DNA of 64,000 nucleotides, taken from assembly GCF_009914755.1 (NCBI RefSeq), contig NC_060931.1; one strand, given 5' to 3'. The DNA is from the human T2T-CHM13v2.0 reference genome, Homo sapiens. Position numbers and translations under genes: made by a program. The notes under the pieces were generated by a model. It saw nothing but the letters and a program-made list of their open reading frames with translations. It made no database searches and was not told where the DNA came from. This document shows positions 1-13,924 of the stretch, one piece after another; the first letter of the stretch is position 1; each line of letters begins with the position of its first letter.

Positions 1-2924
1 ACACTGTGGAACTGAGAAATGGTTTGATCTAGAATTATCCTCCACTGGTAACTGCCCAGTTTGTCAATGTGTGTAATTGTAGGCCAAGGAGTTGGTTGTG
101 TGCCTGTTCACTGTTTTCCAAAACAATGACTGTAAATCAAGAGACCTGAATTTGAAGGGAGACGCAGATACAATGCAGGATGGTCTTTGATCGGTGTCTG
201 TGACTTTAGTTGTCATTGTTCTATGCACGCCGTGCCTTTGATCATGGAACCTTGCTTCATTTAGTAGGCCTCTACTTTGTGAAATAGAGGGATGGTGTGG
301 TATGTTTACAGGAAGAAAGGCTGATATTGATACCTGATTTTCTTGGAATGTTTACTTAGCCACAAAACTGACAATTTATATACACAAGTGCTATATCCTT
401 GTGTTATTTAGTCATTGGCGTGTATTCCTAAAGAATTATTGTGTTTTTTCTTCATGATTTTCCTTTGACATCATTATATACATCCTTGAGGTCAGCTCAC
501 CATTCTAACTTTGGCCTTTATTTAATTTACCTAAACATATATTTTCCTTGTCTGAGTGACTTCTTGATGCCAGCTCATGGGCATGCTGGAGAAATGGGAG
601 TGCTCTGAATTGTAGTCAATGCAGGATGGCTTTTGTGTTCTGGTTTTGCTCACCCAAGCAATACCTACTCCCCAGGGAAATAGGAGTTTATTGGAACTCT
701 TGGCAGGGTGAATACTTTAGTCCCCACTTTTATTGATTAGATTTCCCTGGTATTTTGGTGGGTGCAGGCATTCAAAATCTTTATAGACAGAGCAAATGTA
801 ATGTAACCTTTTGTTTTTATCCATTTCTTAATAATATCCCCTTCCCCCCACTAATTATTCTTAGAAGCCATTAAGCAAGTCTCCTTTCTTCATATTCTTG
901 TTCCTCTCATCATAGTTTCATTACTGCTGTTGTTTTAAAGATTGGGTGACATTGGGTGTATTTGACATAAAGGCAGAAGTATCTCCATGTAAAATTTGTG
1001 CTGCTTGTGTGGCTGGAACTCCTCCAGGGAGAGTTCTGGAAAAAGGGATTTAATTTCTCCTGACTGCTGGTGACCTTGGAAATTTTGGCCATAGATGACT
1101 GTGATTGACGCTTGTATAATGGAGAAAAAAGACCCACCCTCAACTTTCATCCTTTAGAGGAAGGCAATGGGAGTTGGCAGCTCTGGTGAGGAATAAGAAG
1201 GGACATACAGGCTACACAAGGGACAGTTTCCAGTAGTGCCTCTGAAACCTTTTGACATTCCTCCTTAGGGACAAGCAGGTTGTATTAAAAGTAGGTATTG
1301 GTGTGAGTTATGCCTGTGATAAAATAATGAGTAAGATAATGGAGCATTAGCACAAACACACATTATACTTTTTAAGTATGTTTGTAGGATTATAAATCCT
1401 GGAGAATCGAGATTTAATGAAACTGCTGGAAGCTGGGATCACTATTTTCAAATAGTGATCTCTGTGTCTTTCTCTAAGGTACCCCTCAGATTTATTTAAA
1501 ATATTGTCATTTGTCAAAATTTGATGTTTATATGTGCCTATTATTTACTTCCGTATAGAAACTGCTTGGTCAGTATATTTTCAGATCATTTTATTATGTT
1601 TGTTTTCAGGTTGTTATCACTACTTCTAGAAATCTTTGCCATTTTCTAATGGCCCCTTACCTAAAATGTTTTAATGTTTTGTGGATCTCGAGTTTGTGTA
1701 TGCTCCTAATTAAATATTTACCGAAGTGAAGGTTTATCAGGGAGCAGTGATGTCCACTTAAATGAATGCATGATGTCAGATAGAGACTCTTAACATCTCC
1801 ATGGACGCCATATTCAGCTGTATTTTACCTTTCCCCTCAAAACAGATAAAAGCGTCTGCCCATCCCGGGGACAGAGGAGTGGCTGGGATAGGAGACTCAT
1901 TTTGTCAAAAATGTATCAAATAAGAACACTTTCTAAATGTGTTTATAAAGGTTTATAGGCATTATAGATTAAAATTCCATTGATGAAAATGAAATGTAGT
2001 CAAAATAGTTTTGGGGTTTGGGGGTAGGATGGTGATTTTAGATGGGAGAGAGCAGCATAAATACATGTGAAGAAACAACCAGCCTAAGCACCTAATTACA
2101 ATGATTTGGAAGGGGGTGTTAGAGAATACATCTGGGCTGGATTGGAGAGTTAGGAAGGGAGCATTGGTTTATGTCTTCTAATCTTTGTAGCATAGATGAG
2201 ACAACAAAATGTATAATTTTTTCTGAACGTATTTATAAAGGTTGTTGCAGAGCTCAAAGATGTCCTGATGGAAGAGGTAAATTTCAGCATTTTATAATTA
2301 TAAAAATATATAAAAATAAGTAGGTTACATCTACCAGTTATTTGTTTTCTTTTTAATAATATCAGCAATTAACAGAAGCCTTAATTATTAACTACAAAAA
2401 CAGTTATTTCTTAACCTGAGTTTCTGGCCACAGCCACCATCTACCCACCATCCATCCATTAGAATAAACTTCAAACACTAAGGTAAAGAATTCTAGAATC
2501 ATGTTGACAAATCAGGAATTAATAAAATTCAGCTATTGAATTGGTAGAAGGAACTGAAAAATACCTTCACCAAACTACTGAATAGAATATATTTTACATA
2601 TATAGTACAGACTAAGGGATTTTTCCCTCAGTGTATAAATTTATCCTCACACCTGAAATTCTTTTTCTGAACTAAAAATGTATGTGGCTTATCTTTGTAA
2701 TCTAGTCAGATAATAGATTTGAAAAAGAAAATGAAGGCTAAATATTTTATTTTTGATACCAGGGTTTTTATATCATATTTTTTTCATATTTGGTTTAAGA
2801 ATGTTTACAAAGATTCATAAAACATACGTTCACAGGGAAAAATACAGAGAGAAATCAGAACCACAGATAGGATAGAGGAATGAGGCTAAGACTTGTGCCT
2901 TAACTGATACTCTAGGAATGCCCA

Positions 2925-3205
2925 CTGAGTTTTAAGCATTGCAGTGTGGCTGGTCCAAATTGAGATGTTTGTAAAGTACACACCAGATAGTAAAGATTTA
3001 ATACAAAAAAAGATCTCAACACTTTTATAATATTTGTTATATATTGACACGATGTTTTAGAAATTTTGCATTAAATAAAAAATCATATTAAAATTAATTT
3101 CACTTGTTTCTTTTTAATGTTTCAACATGGCTACTAGGAAAATGTGAACATACACATGTGGGTCTCATTTGTCACTTATTATATTTCCATTACACAGTAC
3201 TTGCC
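2925..3205. mobile_element. MER33-like hAT-Charlie DNA transposon fossil
   Basis: Resembles the MER33 consensus (GTGGCTGGTCCAAATTGAGATG...TTAAAATTAATTTCACTTGTTTCTTTTT...GGCTACTAGGAAAAT). Boundaries approximate. Confidence 0.7.
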
Positions 3206-3506
3206 TAGAAGGAGGTAAGTTTAACATCCTCTCTTGAGAGATGAGCAGTTCCACAACGGCTAATGTCTGAATTAGCTTGGAGGTAAGCTCAGAGCATGCC
3301 CAGAGGCAGGACCAACAGGCTCCTTAGCAATTTGTTTTGAAGCTCTTCCTGTACCTCGATGAATGGGTGATTGATGTGTGTTTTAAAATGTTTAAAAATA
3401 TGTATCACTTTTATAAGTTTAGAATGATAATATACTTTTAACAGAGAAAAATTATTAAAACTACATTATGTAAATATTAAGGAGCACTTTGTATGGAAGA
3501 TCCTGT

Positions 3507-4091
3507 TGTTATAAATAAATTTTCAGTGCTGCAAGAGAAGTAGCACTCGAACATAAATTTAATTTTCTCAGCAAGGCAATTTTTACTTCTATAGAAGGGT
3601 GCGACTCCTGGATGGAGTAATGGTGAGAGCACACTTCAACAAGGGAGGGGAACAGGCAGGTAGCCCCTACTGCTATGTTGTTCCCCTGTTGGCTAGGGTT
3701 GGACCGCACAGTCTAAGCTAATTCCAATTGGCTATTTTAAAGAGAGCAGGGGTATGAGCCTGAGTGGCGGAATGAGTAGTTTGGTGGGAAGGGCTTACAG
3801 AACAGGTGACTCAAGATGATTCAGTTCAGAGCAGGTGACCAGGGGTGACTCAAAGGACGGAGCAGGTGACCAGGGGAACAGATGTCAACTACTGATTAGA
3901 ACTGGTGGAAAAGGTTGTTTACTGAAACTAGGGGCAAGGAGAATGAGGAAGTTAAACTTTAAAATGGAGAACAAGGAACAGGGGAGCTGAACATACTGAT
4001 GCACTGGTTCTTTGGAGAGGATCTCAGAACTCATCGTACTTAACAATTTACAGGCTAAAAACCTTTGAAGAGAAATTTATTATATCCTACA
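3507..4091 (-). mobile_element. LTR10 (LTR10A/F-like, HERV-IP10) solo LTR
   Basis: TG...CA termini and a 4-bp TSD CTGT (3503-3506 / 4092-4095). Minus strand begins TGTAGGATATAATAAATTTCTCTTCAAAGGTTTTAGCCTGTAAATTGTTAAGTAC, matching LTR10 as recalled. Internal GAGCAGGTGACCAGGGG repeats with TGACTCA motifs. Confidence 0.85.
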
Positions 4092-7000
4092 CTGTTAAGC
4101 CCAAAGCAAATGGAAACTTGGTTACTATTTGATGTTCACTGTCTTCCTAATTTAGTAAGGCAAGAAGTATCCTGCCCCAAATATCCATAGTTAACCTATT
4201 ATTTGAGATGGTTCACAACACTGTGCTTCAATTGTCTTTGGTAAATAAAATATCCAATAACTGGTAGCTGCAAAATTAATGTTAAATATCTAAATAAATA
4301 CTAGTGTATCATTCTTTAAAATAATCCTTACTTAGCTCTAAGTTGGGATGAATATGTATGAAGTACTACATATTTTTGTTTGCTGTGGCTCTTTAAAGAG
4401 AAAAGTGTATTTAATTTAGTCTTTCTGCCTGATGATTTCCAAAGTCTAATGATTTAAATCAACATGTATCTGATTTATGCATGTATGTATTTGTGTATGT
4501 GTTTATCTCATGGATACTTATTTAGCATTTAACTCTGTGCCAGACACTGCCCTAAGAAAATTAGTACATGTTTATCTAAAAATAACTGGCACTTAGATAG
4601 AACGTACAATGATTCAAGCACTGTTCTAAATGATACATATGTATCTTCCTACAGCAGTGAGATACGCACAGTAAATGTGTTAAACATAAGCAGAGAAGTT
4701 AGGTCGCTTATCTAAGTTCACACAGCTCCTTTCTAGAATTGCTGGGAACCAGTCACTGCAGCCTGGCTGTTCTGAAGTGTCCGTGTTCTTATCGAGCCTA
4801 TGTGAAACATTCCATTTTACTTACTTTTGTTTCTAGGCAGCATCCGTGGGACTCAGGCCAAATGGTGTCGTCTTTTCAGTATTAGGGGTGCGTAGAGGCT
4901 TTCCATAAAGTCTGGAAATTCTGTCATGAGAGGGGTAATAAAGGGGTTATTTTGAGAGACAAGGTGTTTATTTAGCTCTTTGTGAATTTATGAGTGGCTA
5001 TGTGGAATAGTGGGTGGGATTATGTGGCGATTATGCCCCAAAGCCTTACGTAACAGCTCTAGTTATATTAAAACTAAGCTCAGGCTACAACCTGGAAATG
5101 TGGCTCTGCAGTTGTTTTCCTTCCTACCTCCTCTAACCTTTTATGCTTAGGTAGTTCACTTTTTGGCGTTTTGTTATCATCAGCATCAGTCTGTGAAGTT
5201 CTTTGGTGGTTTGATACTGTTCTAGTCATACATTGTATGAAGAATATCCAGAGAGCCTGAGAATTCTGTTGTGTGGCCCATAGCTGTTCTATACTAAACT
5301 ATTCCAGACTTTACAAGCAATTAATATATAAATTTAGTTTGAAGTTACCATCTTAGTTCCTCTGAAGGGTCCCTGAAATTGCTTTCAAGGAAAATTCTAT
5401 AATCTAATAGACGAAGGTTGCCTGCTACCCTCTTACCTTTGAGAACCTCTTTGAGGAATAAATAATATGAGAAAGTATGTATGTTTCATATTTGGCTTGC
5501 TTCATCTTTCATGGTTGTTTGCGCTAGAGCTTTATCACAGTTTTAAAATATTGCTCCTCCCCCAGTTCCTCCTCCCTATCCTCCACGGTTTAAATAAATA
5601 TATTTTTACTATATAAAACAGCAGAATGATCAACAGCTTGACAAAATGGTCCTCAGGATGCCCTGCCTTCCCACTTCAAGGGTATCCTTCATAATGTTAT
5701 GTCTGAAAAGATTATTGATTATATATTTACTCATGCAACAAACATTTACAGCGTAGTCTCCTGCCTTACAGGCCCATGCCAGCTCTTTGAGTGAATAAGA
5801 CATGGTCTCCCCACTCTTGGAGCTTACAGTTGGTGTGTTCCAATACCATGTAGTAAATGTAAGGTAGGAAATACAAAGATTTAAGAAAACAGTATATAGT
5901 ACCCCATGTCTGACTAAATTATCTTTTAGAATTCTAGAGTGAAATGATGCTCTGATGTTCTAATCTAGTGCTCTCGTTTTTAAGGTCAAGGGAGACTGAG
6001 ACCCAAAGATGTTACGTGCCTCATTTGTAAGGGAGCTTCAAGTAGCACCAAGCAAGAGCCCAGGGCTCTTTGTGGTCACTCATTGCTATAAACAGGGATC
6101 AGGGTCTGAGTCAGTTATATAGCCCTTGGTCATGTATTCGTAAAATACTTGCATACAAAACATTTCAGGAATATCTTAAAAAGGAGAACCCATCTATATT
6201 AATCAGTTTCTTCTCTCATGCCGTTTTATACATACTTACCCACAAACACAAAATTCAGGTTATCATTTATTTAGACGAAGATGTTGCTAAGATTTACACT
6301 GGTTTTAATTGAAGCTGTTAAAACCATGGTTCTTTTTCAAGTGATTGACAGGTCAGTGTTGAATATCTTGAGATGAAAAATTCCAGGGTAGAGGAAGAGA
6401 TCTCAGAATCCACAGGGGAGGGACACAAATGCTAATTACACATTGACTTTAATTCCTGATTTGTCATAGCTGCCTGCAGGTGTATATCTTGGCTGTGGGC
6501 TATTCTCCGGGCCTCATTTGTATTTCAGATTTTCTTTAATAATGTTGCATCCACAAATAACTGTTTAATCTCTGACTTATTTACAGTTCTTATTCTCTTG
6601 ATATGGGAAACAATTAATTGGCAGGTGAATGTAGTTGTTTCTTTTGGTTATTGAAGATTAAAATTTTTTTGTCTTCCCACTGATTTCCCTGGAAGACAGT
6701 TTTGGAACAGCACCTCACTTTGGCCTTCTGGCCTGAGAGATACACAGGTGTTCACTTTTGTTTGTTATTCCTCCTATTATTACTCCCACACATGTGGCAT
6801 AGTGAATTAGCCCTCTTGATGAATTAGCTCTCTCTCTGGGTTGAGAGCTAATGTTCCTCTGTGCTAAACAGCTGCTGTCCCACCCCTGTCTGCCTACTGA
6901 GAAGGAGGTTTGGCATTGGGAGGCACAAGGTAACCTTGAGATTAACTTAGTTTTTTTTTTTAAGCAGTGCTGATTTTTTCCCTAGGTAGTAGAATTGAGG

Positions 7001-8351
7001 GCTTGAGCTTGTTAGATGGATTGGGTGAAAACACGAAAGATACATGGACCTCGTTCCTCATTTCCACATATTTATTAACTTCCCAGCGAATGCCCCCAAA
7101 TTGGACCATACCCTGTGGCCTTGTCCTATTTAAAATGGGCCCTGAGATACTTTACATGGTATAGCCACCTTCACTGTCTACCTTCTGTACACTCGTGATT
7201 TTTTGCCATGACTCCAGCTATCTTGTTGTTTTCCTCACCTGCTTCTATAAGCTTGTTGTGAGGCCTTGTCTGAGGAGAGTTCCAGGGTGTATTAGCATCA
7301 AGACCACTTCTTCCCTTCCCTGGTTCTGAGTTACTCAGGCCTGTCTGTGTGCAGCCCTCTCATTCCTTGCCCTTTTTTTGGCCTATATGAACTCTGGCCA
7401 GCAGCATGCAGGGAAAGTATTAAAAACCTTTTTGTTGGAGGGCACTAGTTGTTCAATCCCCCTGTCTGAACACATTTCTCACATTTTTACTCATTTCCTG
7501 AGTTTTATAGTAGTTGTTAAGACCTTGCAATAATTTAAAGCTAGGTATCTAATTTTAGGAGTCATCTTTATATTTTCTTACTTTCTGTGTTGTTGTGCTA
7601 TGACCATACTTCTCATAAGAATGATTTACCTTAACCTCAGCCCTTAATTGGCTTGGGCTCTGATATGGCTCCATTCTGCTGCTTCTAAAGCATGATTCAA
7701 TGGAGTGTTCAAGTGGGTGATCTGACAGTTGGAATTTTGAGGCATCTATCCTTTTCCAGATTTCCATGTTCATTTTCAAGATGAGTTTTTGAAGAGAAGA
7801 CAGTTTGAAAGGATTTTAACGGTGCTCACTAGCAGTGTGGCTGAACTCCATGCTTCTGCAATATGCTGTCTTTAAGCTGATCAGTGAGAGCTGAAGATGT
7901 ATTTAGAAAAGGGATTCCAGACTGTGGAGAAGGCTTCCGTCTCCTTGATCCCCATGCACCTCTTCAGTGTGGGTTTGTAAACCTTGGTTTTGACCCAAAC
8001 CAAGCCTACAACTTCATTCTGTGAAGACTTGCCCTATATGTTTGCTACAGGATACTATGTTTATCTTCAAAGTTTTCATAATAAAAAAGCATTGTTTAGT
8101 GTGTTCATATCCATTTATTTAGTGTATTCTAGGGTTAAACCATTTTTGCATTTTGTGCGTCTAACTTCCTGTCTGCAAAATTAATTCAAAATCTAAGGAT
8201 TCATCTAGTCCATTCTATCTCCCCTACCTCCACACTGCTTAACTCTCAAGTATGTTGGTGTTGGGCTTAATTAGCTGTATCTTTTTGATTTACATACTGT
8301 GAAACCAATTCCAAGCATCTTTGTAATTGTTATCTTGTTTGTTCTTCTATG

Positions 8352-8499
8352 TATTTATTTATTTATATTTTTTATTTTTCAGAGAGATGGGGGTCTTGCT
8401 TTGTTTCCCAGACTGGTCTTGAACTCCTGGCCTCAAGCAATTCTTCTACCTGGGCCTTCCAAAGTGCTGCAGTTATAGGAGCAAGCTATTGTGCCCACC
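8352..8499 (-). mobile_element. FLAM-type Alu left monomer
   Basis: T-rich tail followed by GAGATGGGGGTCTTGCTTTGTTTCCCAGACTGGTCTTGAACTCCTGGCCTCAAG. Flanked by CTTGTTTGTT direct repeats. Confidence 0.85.
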
Positions 8500-8783
8500 T
8501 TGTTTGTTGTTCTTAATAACTCTTAATCTGGTCCTTAGGAAGCTGTGACAGACAGATTATATGGAGTTTTTCTATGGAGGCAGTTCATATTTTTAAATAC
8601 AGGTTTTCAAAGTAGTCTGACCCAGAAGAGGTTAAAGCACTGCTTTATCATAATGTCTAGGAGTCCAACAGGAATGTTGCAAACCTCTTCTCTGTAAAGT
8701 AAAATTGCTGTGGGGACCTATGTGTTTAGTTGTTTGATTTACATCTTTGGTTATCAGCTTTTTTCTTTCTTTTTAAAATGGAC

Positions 8784-9855
8784 TTTTTTTTTTAGAGCAG
8801 TTTTGGATTAACAGGAGAATTGAGCAGAAGTTACAGAGATCTCCCATATACCTTCTGCCCCCTACACACAATCTTCCACACCAGAGTGGTATATTTATTA
8901 CAATTGTTGAGCCTACCTTAACACATCATTATCACACAAAGTCCATAGGGTTTGTGCTTGGTGTTATATCATCTGTGGGCTTTGATATATGTATAGTGGC
9001 ATGTATTCACCACTATAGTGTCGTACAGAATAGTTTCATTACGCTAAAAATTCCCTATTCTCTGCCTATAACTCCTGGCAAAATTCCTTCTCTCCTTCTA
9101 ACTCCTGGCAACCACTGATATTTTTATTGTCTTTGTAGTTTAACCTTTTCTAGAATGTCGTATAGTTGGAATCATACAGTACACCTTTTAAAGTGTCTGC
9201 TTTCACTTAGTAATATATGTCTAAGCTTCCTCCATGTCTTTTCATGGCTTGATAGCTCATTTCTTTTTATCACTGAATAATATTCTGTCATCTGGATATA
9301 CCACAATTTATCCATTCACCTACTGAAGGATATATGGATTCCTTCCACATTTTGACAGTTATGAACAAAGCCACTGTTAATATCCATGGGCAGGTTTTGT
9401 GTATGTTTTCAACTCCTCAAGTAAATTTCAAGGAGCTGTATTCCTGGATCAAATGGTAAGAGTACATGTTCAGTTCTATAAGAAATGACTAAACTATCTT
9501 CCAAAGTGGCTGTATCATTTTGCATTCCTACCATCAATGAATTAGAGTTCCTATTGCTCCACATCCTTGCCTGCCTTTGGTGTTGTCAGTGTTCTGAATT
9601 TTGACTATGCTACAACGAGCAGTGGTATCTCATTGTTGTTTAAGTTGGCAATTTTCTAATCACATGTAATGTAGAACATCTTTTCCTGTTCTTATTTGCC
9701 ACTTGTATGTATTCTTTAGTAAGCTGTTTGGATCTTTTGCATTTTAAAATCAGGTTGTTTTATTATTGTTGAGTTTTAAGAGTTTTTTGTATATTTTAGA
9801 TAAATGTTCTTTATTAGTTATGTCTTTTGCCAACATTTTCTCCCAGTCTGTTGCT
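8784..9855 (-). mobile_element. Old L1 3' fragment (L1MC-type)
   Basis: TTTTTAGAGCAGTTTTGGATTAACAGGAGAATTGAGCAGAAGTTACAGAG 3'-end signature, followed by typical antisense L1 3'UTR/ORF2-end motifs (TTCCAAAGTGGCTGTATCATTTTGCATTCCTACCATCAATG). Confidence 0.85.
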
Positions 9856-10006
9856 CAGCTATTTCTTTTAATTGGTTTTAAAAATCTTAGATTCAGAAAA
9901 CCAAACTGGAGTGAGCTGATCTTTCACAGTTGAGCAGGCACATGTGGCTGCTAGTGAGCTATGTTGCAGACTCTCAACCCTAATTCCCTTGATTCTTTGT
10001 TTCCAG

Positions 10007-10107
10007 GTCAATGTGACGGTGGACTACATTAGACCAGCCAGCCCAGCCACAGAGACAGTGCCTGCCTTTTCAGAGCGTACCTGTGCCACTGTCACCATTG
10101 GAGGAAT
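10007..10107 (+). CDS. SND1: SND1 internal coding exon (101 bp, phase 0 to 2; probably exon 12), part of the SN3 domain
   Basis: Acceptor: branch-like CCCTAAT (9978-9984), pyrimidine tract, TTCCAG|. Donor: AT|GTGAGT. Translates [33 protein letters not shown](I), recognised as SND1. Confidence 0.97.
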
Positions 10108-12668
10108 GTGAGTGTTCTGGCTGGCATGGACTCAGCTGTCATCTCAAGTAGCTAAGAGTTCTTTGCTCATTTGAATCTTTCCTTCCTTTCACTCTGCTTT
10201 GCTTTCTCCTGCTCTTAACTCAGTGGTTTATAATTTTGTGCCTGTGTAGCACTTTATATTTGTAAGTACTTTATAATCACTCATTAGCTAATCGTATACT
10301 TTCATTATTGTAGTTATTTAAGATTTATTGGGCTCTGTGTGCCTGGCACTATGAAGTACACATCATTACTATTAATAATGCCATTTATTGAGTATCAAGC
10401 AGGCCCTAGATACTGTCTAAAATGGTCTCTGCATATTGGTTTAGGAAGTCTAGGTATAGAATAGCAGGTAACAAAGAGGGAAGAAGAGGAGAGGTTAATT
10501 GGACATTTTCTTGTATGTAATCAGTAGACGATGAGGTCATCCTATTCTGCTGTACTGGCTGTAACCTGGTTAGATTCCAAGGTCTGTTGGCAGCCAGGCT
10601 GAGGAAGAGTCTTTCAGGGGAGATATCTGATAGGGGAAGGAGGAAGCCTGCTGGGCCCTGCTTCCCCAATAAATATTACAACAGTCAGCCAGTCCCCAAT
10701 AGCAATTCTTACTTTGCATAAAATATACCAGTATGGTAATTGTCTCCTTTTCCATTTAACAATCTTATATGCTAGTTGTTACCAAACTGTTATTTTTCAT
10801 TTCTTTTAAGTGGGCATATTGATGGGGAAGAAAATAATAGGTTTGTCATCAAAACAAGGATTGTGTTACTGAAAGTACAGTGAAGCCACTTAGGAGAAGT
10901 ACCTCCAAGCTATTGCAGGCCTCTGAAAGGAATAAGCATTTTGTAGCTGCTTAGCTTCATGAAAGTCTCCTAACAGGAGCCTCTTTCACCTCATTCGTGC
11001 TTTCACATTTGGAAATGACTATTTTTAGCCACTGCTACCGATCCTATATTTATTAATGTTGTTAATGTTCACACAACAATTGGAGGTTTCGTCTTTGCCA
11101 GGAGGCGCTCAGTATAGGCATTTGATGTTTACCTTCACGCCATCACAGGTTTTGTTAGAAGCAGGTTCTTGACAAATCAAGTAATATTTTTGAACTGGGA
11201 AAAACTAGGACATATTTTGGTCATTATTCTATCTGTATAAATTACAATAGTTATTTGTTACCAATTTGTTACCACTTCTTAGGAGTCAGTTGTATGCTTC
11301 CCTGTTGTAGAGACCTGGAATCTTAGTATTCTATCTAAATATTTTTACTGCCACAGAAAGCCATCTCCATAGATACTGCTGCTTTTAAGTACTGGTGAAA
11401 ACAACTTCACTGTTGTACAAAACCACGTGTCTTTATTTTTGGCAGGTGGCCTCCACCAGTATTTAACATTCTATTAGAATGGATTATCTCCTTTAGTTAC
11501 CACTGAAGAATATTTAAAAAATAAGTTTACACTGCTTAAAATGAGATATTCAGGGAGTATTTTATAGCAATCTTTTTATTTTTAAGATAATTTGAGACAG
11601 ATAATTTAAAATACTTTACAGGGCAGAGTGTTGTGGCCATGCTTTGTGCCTTAAAACCTTGAGATCTCCACTGTGTTTATTTTGGCTTTGACAGAGATTA
11701 CTCTTTCAGCCTTCCTCTCTGCAAATGTGGGGTAGCTGTCTGTTCTAGTCTGGGTTTCTATTACATTCTTGAGTCCTTGTAAGAAGGTGTCAATTCTGTT
11801 GGCTGTTTAACAACACAGGTTGGTTGGTCTTAATTGACAACCTACAATATCTATACTCCAGGTTTGTGCCAGAGATAATGAACTTGAATTTTCTGCTTCC
11901 CAGTTCTTGTAATTGGATTGTATGAAATATTCTTTTTTTTGTGATTTACCAAAGTAAAATTTTTTTTTTAGAAGTTTAGAAGCATGTACAAGTTTAGAAG
12001 AATTTTACAAGTACTCTTCCAGATACTTAAATTGTCTCCTTGGATTAGACCAGCCTGGCAGGTACCTGGAAAGCATTATGAGTTTCTTCATAGGGTTTTT
12101 CATCCTGAACTATAGTTTGTGGTTAAATGGGTAGGCTGCAAACAGGAGAAATGTAAGGAATTTACTGATACTGAAACCATCCTTCATTAGACTGTTGTGT
12201 CCCTAAAGATAGGGAATTTTGTGTCTTATTCCCTGTTGTAGCCCTAGTATCTAGCATATGGTAGGAAATCAATGAATTTGTTGAGTGATTCGTTAACTTT
12301 ATTGCAAACTCTTCCTTTATGAAGCATAACTTGGATGTTAGTAGCATCTAAGGCATGACCACAGGTTTGTTTTTATCTAATCAGTACTGTAAAACTTATA
12401 ACTGATAATTTTATTCTGTTTTTTATTTTTCTTTATCAGGCGGCCCCCAGAATCACAGCAGATTCAGAGAGACTCCCAGATAATTTTATTCTTTTATTTG
12501 ATGATTGGAAGCTCACTGCCAAAGAGAGGCCATCTCTAGCAAATAGACCTAGCTGCACACTTTCTGTGTTCTAATCTTAGTCACTGCTTCTGTTTGTTTT
12601 CCTTTTATCTTGCTTTTGTTTTTATTTATCCTTTTTTTTTCTGAATTTTCTATATTTTAAAAAATCTT

Positions 12669-12984
<316 letters not shown>

Positions 12985-13400
12985 TTAATATTATAGAAAA
13001 TTTGAGGTATTGATAATTAAGAATCTCCAAATACTTAGCTTATTTTCAGAATTAAGTTATACTACTAAGAGCCTTTTATCTTACTTAATGGTGATTTATA
13101 AACACTAGCCAGAGAAGAGGCTTTTTAAAAAACACTACATCTTAAATATTTTATTTTCATTTTAAACATAAAAATGTGTACATATTTTTAAATCTTTGCT
13201 GTCTGGGCAGCATGGACCACCTATTTGATATCTTGTTGAATTACATAACTTCCTGTTTGAAATGAGGACTTGAAAAACACTAATTATAGAACCTTATATT
13301 TTTGTGATTTACACCCCCTCATCTGTTACAGTTGTCCCACACATATTTATTTTGCAGCTACTTTAAAGCCTTTCCTCTTTATTAAATTTTTTAAAGCATG

Positions 13401-13924
13401 TGTTATTGAGCAACGGGCTCACTGCCCGAAGTGCGTAGATGCCAATAATATGGCACTGGTTTTTGGGAAAAGAAAGGGCTTTATTGTGAGGTCAACTGGC
13501 AAGGAGACAGGAGGCAGGACTCAATTCTGTTTTCTCAATCTGGGTGTTAGGTCAAACTTTTATGGGTTATGGAGGGTTATTTGGTGTGCAGAAGTGCTGG
13601 GAGGGTAGGTTTAACTGGAGGACTTTAAACTTGGCCGTTTAGGATAAGGTATGGAATGGTGGATTTCAGCACCAGATCTTTCTAGATAACTGACCCTTTA
13701 CTTCTAAAAGGATTCTGGTACTCAGGTTTTGGTCTTGTCCTGGCCTTCTTGTTTCCATAGGGAGGAAACATTGGTTCTGAGTGTTATAGGAAGTAAAACC
13801 TTTTTCTGTTGCACATGCCCTGTCTCCATGATTTGCAATTTGTGCTCTGCTGCATCTGCAAGACAACTTAAACAATGCTTAAACAATAGAGGTGAACTGG
13901 GTTGAGCTGCCCCTGTGCTTAACA
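13401..13924 (-). mobile_element. ERV1-class solo LTR (MER67-like)
   Basis: TGTTA...TAACA termini, perfect 4-bp TSD CATG (13397-13400 / 13925-13928), minus-strand AATAAA at 13480-13485. Family name tentative. Confidence 0.8.
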
